49,932 nucleotides of DNA from Catajapyx aquilonaris (lineage: Eukaryota): NCBI GenBank assembly GCA_000934665.2, contig KZ538751.1, positions 1 to 49,932 of the forward strand, read 5' to 3'. A model generated the notes under the pieces. The model saw only the letters and a program-made list of their open reading frames with translations. It was not told the DNA's origin and ran no database searches. A program made the position numbers and the translations under genes. Positions 46,101 through 49,932 of the stretch are shown piece after piece; position 1 is the first letter of the stretch; every line of letters begins with the position of its first letter.

Positions 46101-49100
46101 GATCCCTCATCAATCGACATGTGCACAATTAAGTATTATCTCAAGAATGGGCATGCTTTGTTAGAACTGTGCATACGGTATGTTATTGCATGTAATCCCA
46201 ATATAATCACAGATTTAAGAGTAGTAGGTAGCTTTTGCCTTTCCTGCCCCTCCCCCTCCCCATCCATCTACCTCCTGTAAACTGCTTTAGAGAAGTGCAG
46301 CTGTAGTTTTTGCATCTTTGGGCCGATGCTTCAGGAAAATTTCTGAAAGTCCTTTACGCTGCTTCCCGTTTTCGGTCAACTTTCAGTCTCTTTCCGAAGT
46401 GTCTGGGCATTAAAAAAAGAGTAAAGAATGAATATGATGTTCACATTTAGAGAGTCTCTTCTTTTGTGGGAAAATCGCGTCATGTCATGCCATGTATCCC
46501 ATCCTCCTTGTAGCCTATATACAGAAAAATTGAAAGGATGTTTTCAAAATATGAAACAAATAAAGGGGGGGAAAATATTACATCAAAAAGGAAACACTTA
46601 GTCCAGGAAGTTTGAATATTTGAATGAGGGAGACAAATTTTTAAATTTGAATATTTTGATCAGAGCAGGTTAGCAAGCATAAGGGAAATTGCTTAGCGTC
46701 GCTGCTTGCTTTTTGCCACTCGCATTGTTCCACATACACTCACACACACACACTCATACACTCACATTTCAGCAGATCTTGCAAGCACAAACAAACTCTG
46801 GAAAGGAACCCCGTTGAACTTGACGCAGGGCCTTGCCATAGGGACTCCTTGCAGCTTTAGTGCAGCTTCTTGGCGATGTAAAACAAATCGATACAAAAGA
46901 CACAGAACAAGAATGACCGTAACCTGCCCTGCTTTGCTCCTCGTGCTGCCAGTGGGACGGTATTTTGCATAGCGCAGCCTTTATTGTTACTCATTTGCTC
47001 TGCCTAAACCCCATGCCACACTCCATCCCGCCACCAGTTCCTTATCGAAATTCTCTCCCTACACATACCTCTCCTTACGTCCTTACTTTCCAAAAGTAAT
47101 AATCCTCTGTTAACCTCCCCTCTCCCTACCCCCATTCCCCAATAAGTATTTCTCGAGTCATCACCAGGTCTTATGTTGTGTTCGGTGGAGTTGCCAAACT
47201 CAATTGTTGTTTTATATGGAAGAAAGAGCATGAGGAGGGGAAGGAGGGAGTTGTTTGTCATATTTGTGGGGTAAAGGGGTCAAAGGTTTTTATTGCCATG
47301 CCTGCCCCTCCTGGAGCTTGTCCACTTCCGTTCCGTTTAGCTCCGGTATGCAGAGCGAGAGGGACTTGATCCTGGTGAGAATCTGTGAATCTAACTGTAT
47401 TTTTGGAGAGCATGATGAGCAAACGAGCCACTTTCAAATGCGGGAGATGAAGACGAAGAAGGGAATCTTTTTTGTATGCCAAGAGACGTGAGGAGTGGCT
47501 CAGTATTTTTTCATTTCAACCAATAATTTGTGATATTTTAGTAATAATTGTTATATTTAAGTCTCACTATGTAAACGATTACTGGTTCAGTTGACAGTCG
47601 TCGGGTGAGTTTTCCCACACAATGCAGGAAGTCTGGAATGAGAAGGCAGTCGGGTGAACTTGTGGGAAATTTAAAAAAAAGGGAAATTAATAATAATAAT
47701 AAGTAAATAAAAAATAAATAGCAGAGAAAACGTGTCTTTCAAGATATTTTCCGAGAAAATAAGTTTCAAAAAAAGAAAAAAGAAAATAATATAACAGTGA
47801 GAGAAAAATGAACGAATAATAAGCTATCATGTTGTAACTGTGTTGGGGAGTTGCTCAAAGCAATAGTCCCGTCCGTCATGTATTCAGTCACATGTTCAGC
47901 TTTTCGAAGATGCAGCGAGTCCCTGGTGCCATCCTGGGTTTCCTCTGTACTTCCAATAACCTCACAACCTTTTTCATAATTATATAGGCACAAAATAATG
48001 AATACTGATCATACACAACCCTCTCTCCTGGGGACTCGTGATTTCCAAATAATTCAAATATATATATATAAAAAAAGAGCAATGTAATGGTCCAGTGATG
48101 CAAAAACGGGGAAATTAGAGTGACGTAGAAGCGAATTCGAACCATAAGAGGAAACCATGTCGGGGATGTATGCCAGGCGGAGGAGGAGGAGGAGCAAGGC
48201 ATTCTCATCACACACACACTCAACCGCACCAATTTTTTCCAATGGGCGTGCCTATATTATATCTTTGAGGAAAAAGGTGGACCTAATTTAGTCGTGTAGG
48301 GTAGCCTACTACTGTAACTTGCAGCATCACCATCCACTCTTCTTCCTACGTACTCTTTGCACGAGTAATCTCTTATGTTAAAGACTGATATGCAAGATGA
48401 ATTTTCAAAGCTACCAACTTTAGACTCTAGAAGTTATTACGGTAATATATCATGTTGAAAACGTGGTGTAAAATAAATAAAAAAATAATAACATAACAAT
48501 TGTAATGAAAAAAAAAAATATCTTGAAAGAATGGGGTGTGTGACAGTTGACTCTCAATTGTGAAGACATTTCATTAGGCAACATTTGAACCAAGACGCAA
48601 TGAAAATGATCATGTGAGTGCCAAAACATTCCAAGGAAAATGTAATTATTTATCCCTTTTCCCCGTCCACCCACCCAACAAACCCTCCACCCGATACAAG
48701 TCCTGCATACCATATGTAATAAAGTCAGGCCCAATGAGGTGTCTTCAAATCCAGCCCGGAGCATCAATCAACTGTACGGACTTGTGTGTGTGCGTGAATT
48801 TGTGAGACGTACGTTACTCCATTACAATGGGATAATATTGTTACACCTTTAGGAAAGTGAACAAGTGTTGAGAGATGGGGGATGATCCCCCCCTTTCTTA
48901 GTAGTCAATAAAATCACTATGTGAGAACATATATTCGCTCTCTTTCATTTTGATTGGCATTTGCCCAACGCATTTTTCAGAAATGTGAGGGGTTGCTGTA
49001 CGGATGACGTCTTACTCGTGTCTCAAGGTAAAAAGTATGTGCATGCATCTAATATTAGTGAATAAATTATTCGCTCAGTAGTAAGGGTTATTTAGGACCT

Positions 49101-49932
49101 CCCTGTTGAAATTCTCAAGACATTAGAAACGGAAAGGACCATGTCCAGCGGAGTTGTCGTGAAGGAGGCAAATGTCATCAGTTTTTGTTTTGTACCCAGC
49201 TGGTGTGGAGGATACTCCATGAATAACATCAATTATCCCTATCCTGTCCCCTGCACCAAATGGTGGTATTCCACCCCCCCTAAGAGGCCCAGGGCCTTAG
49301 CACAGGGTACAACGTACCGTAATTAAGAATAACATTTTGCATGTGCATATCAGCAGACGAGCACATGTTTATGTATTTTATTTTTTTTAATTAGCATCAA
49401 TAAGTAGTGATGTAGTTTTCCAAGACCGCCTTGGCGCCATCTTCCAAGTGTTGACACAACTAATGTTCATTCTTGTGCATGAAACTGAGCGAGTTTTAAA
49501 GCGTTTTATACAATCCAAGTGTAGATTATGTGCACTTATGGGAAGATATGCCGTGATCTGATGTGTGCTGGGCTAATTATTATCTGAGGTACTTTACGTC
49601 CTGAGGGACTTCCCCACAGGTCTTGGGGGAAGTCCCCAAGACCATCAGCTGATGAACAACAGTGCTGTGAAATAGCGATGGGCCTGACTGCTCTTTTTCA
49701 GAAGCAGCTATCACTGCTATTGCTATTTAGTATTAGCAGCTATTTTAAACAGCTAATGCTATTTTAAAGAGCGATTTTTTGTAGAGTAGGAAAACGGCCA
49801 GGTAGGAGGTGCAGGCGTGCGGGGAGCAAAGGCCAGCCGCAGGCGAAATTTTTTTTGGGTTCAAGGTTACACAAGCTTCTGGGAGATTAGGCTACTTGAT
49901 GAAATTGGAAGCACTTTTTCGAAGTATACAAA

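Noticed and set aside
1..49932. CRISPR arrays, tRNA/rRNA genes, operons, autonomous transposons
   Set aside because: None seen. The sequence is a spliceosomal-intron eukaryotic locus.

Overview
Eukaryotic (arthropod-like) genomic DNA containing the 3' part of a muscleblind (mbl/MBNL) gene on the + strand. The exon encoding ZnF1 lies upstream of the window, so bases 1-20241 are read as one long, CpG-rich intron carrying several foldback/MITE-like elements. Exons reconstructed by eye from GT-AG boundaries and reading phase: 20242-20412 (end of ZnF2), 22583-22759 (linker), 25860-26084 (second tandem CCCH pair), 30290-30367 (78-nt KKRGR cassette), 33184-33310 (KRPA exon, or read through to a stop at 34329), 40252-40310 (59-nt frame-switch cassette), 41265-41349 (dual-frame exon) and 41562-41968 (terminal exon). 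The main finding is a splicing switch: skipping the 59-nt exon ends the protein in FAGHPPGVPRF*, while including it re-reads exon 41265-41349 in another frame and adds a third tandem zinc-finger pair. That exon follows about 750 nt containing a single AG. Both it and the 78-nt cassette carry the same YGCY-rich 12-mer (TGCTTGGCTGCT) at exactly -32..-21 from their acceptors, which suggests a shared Muscleblind autoregulatory element. All splice models are predictions without RNA data, and homolog comparisons are from memory rather than database searches.
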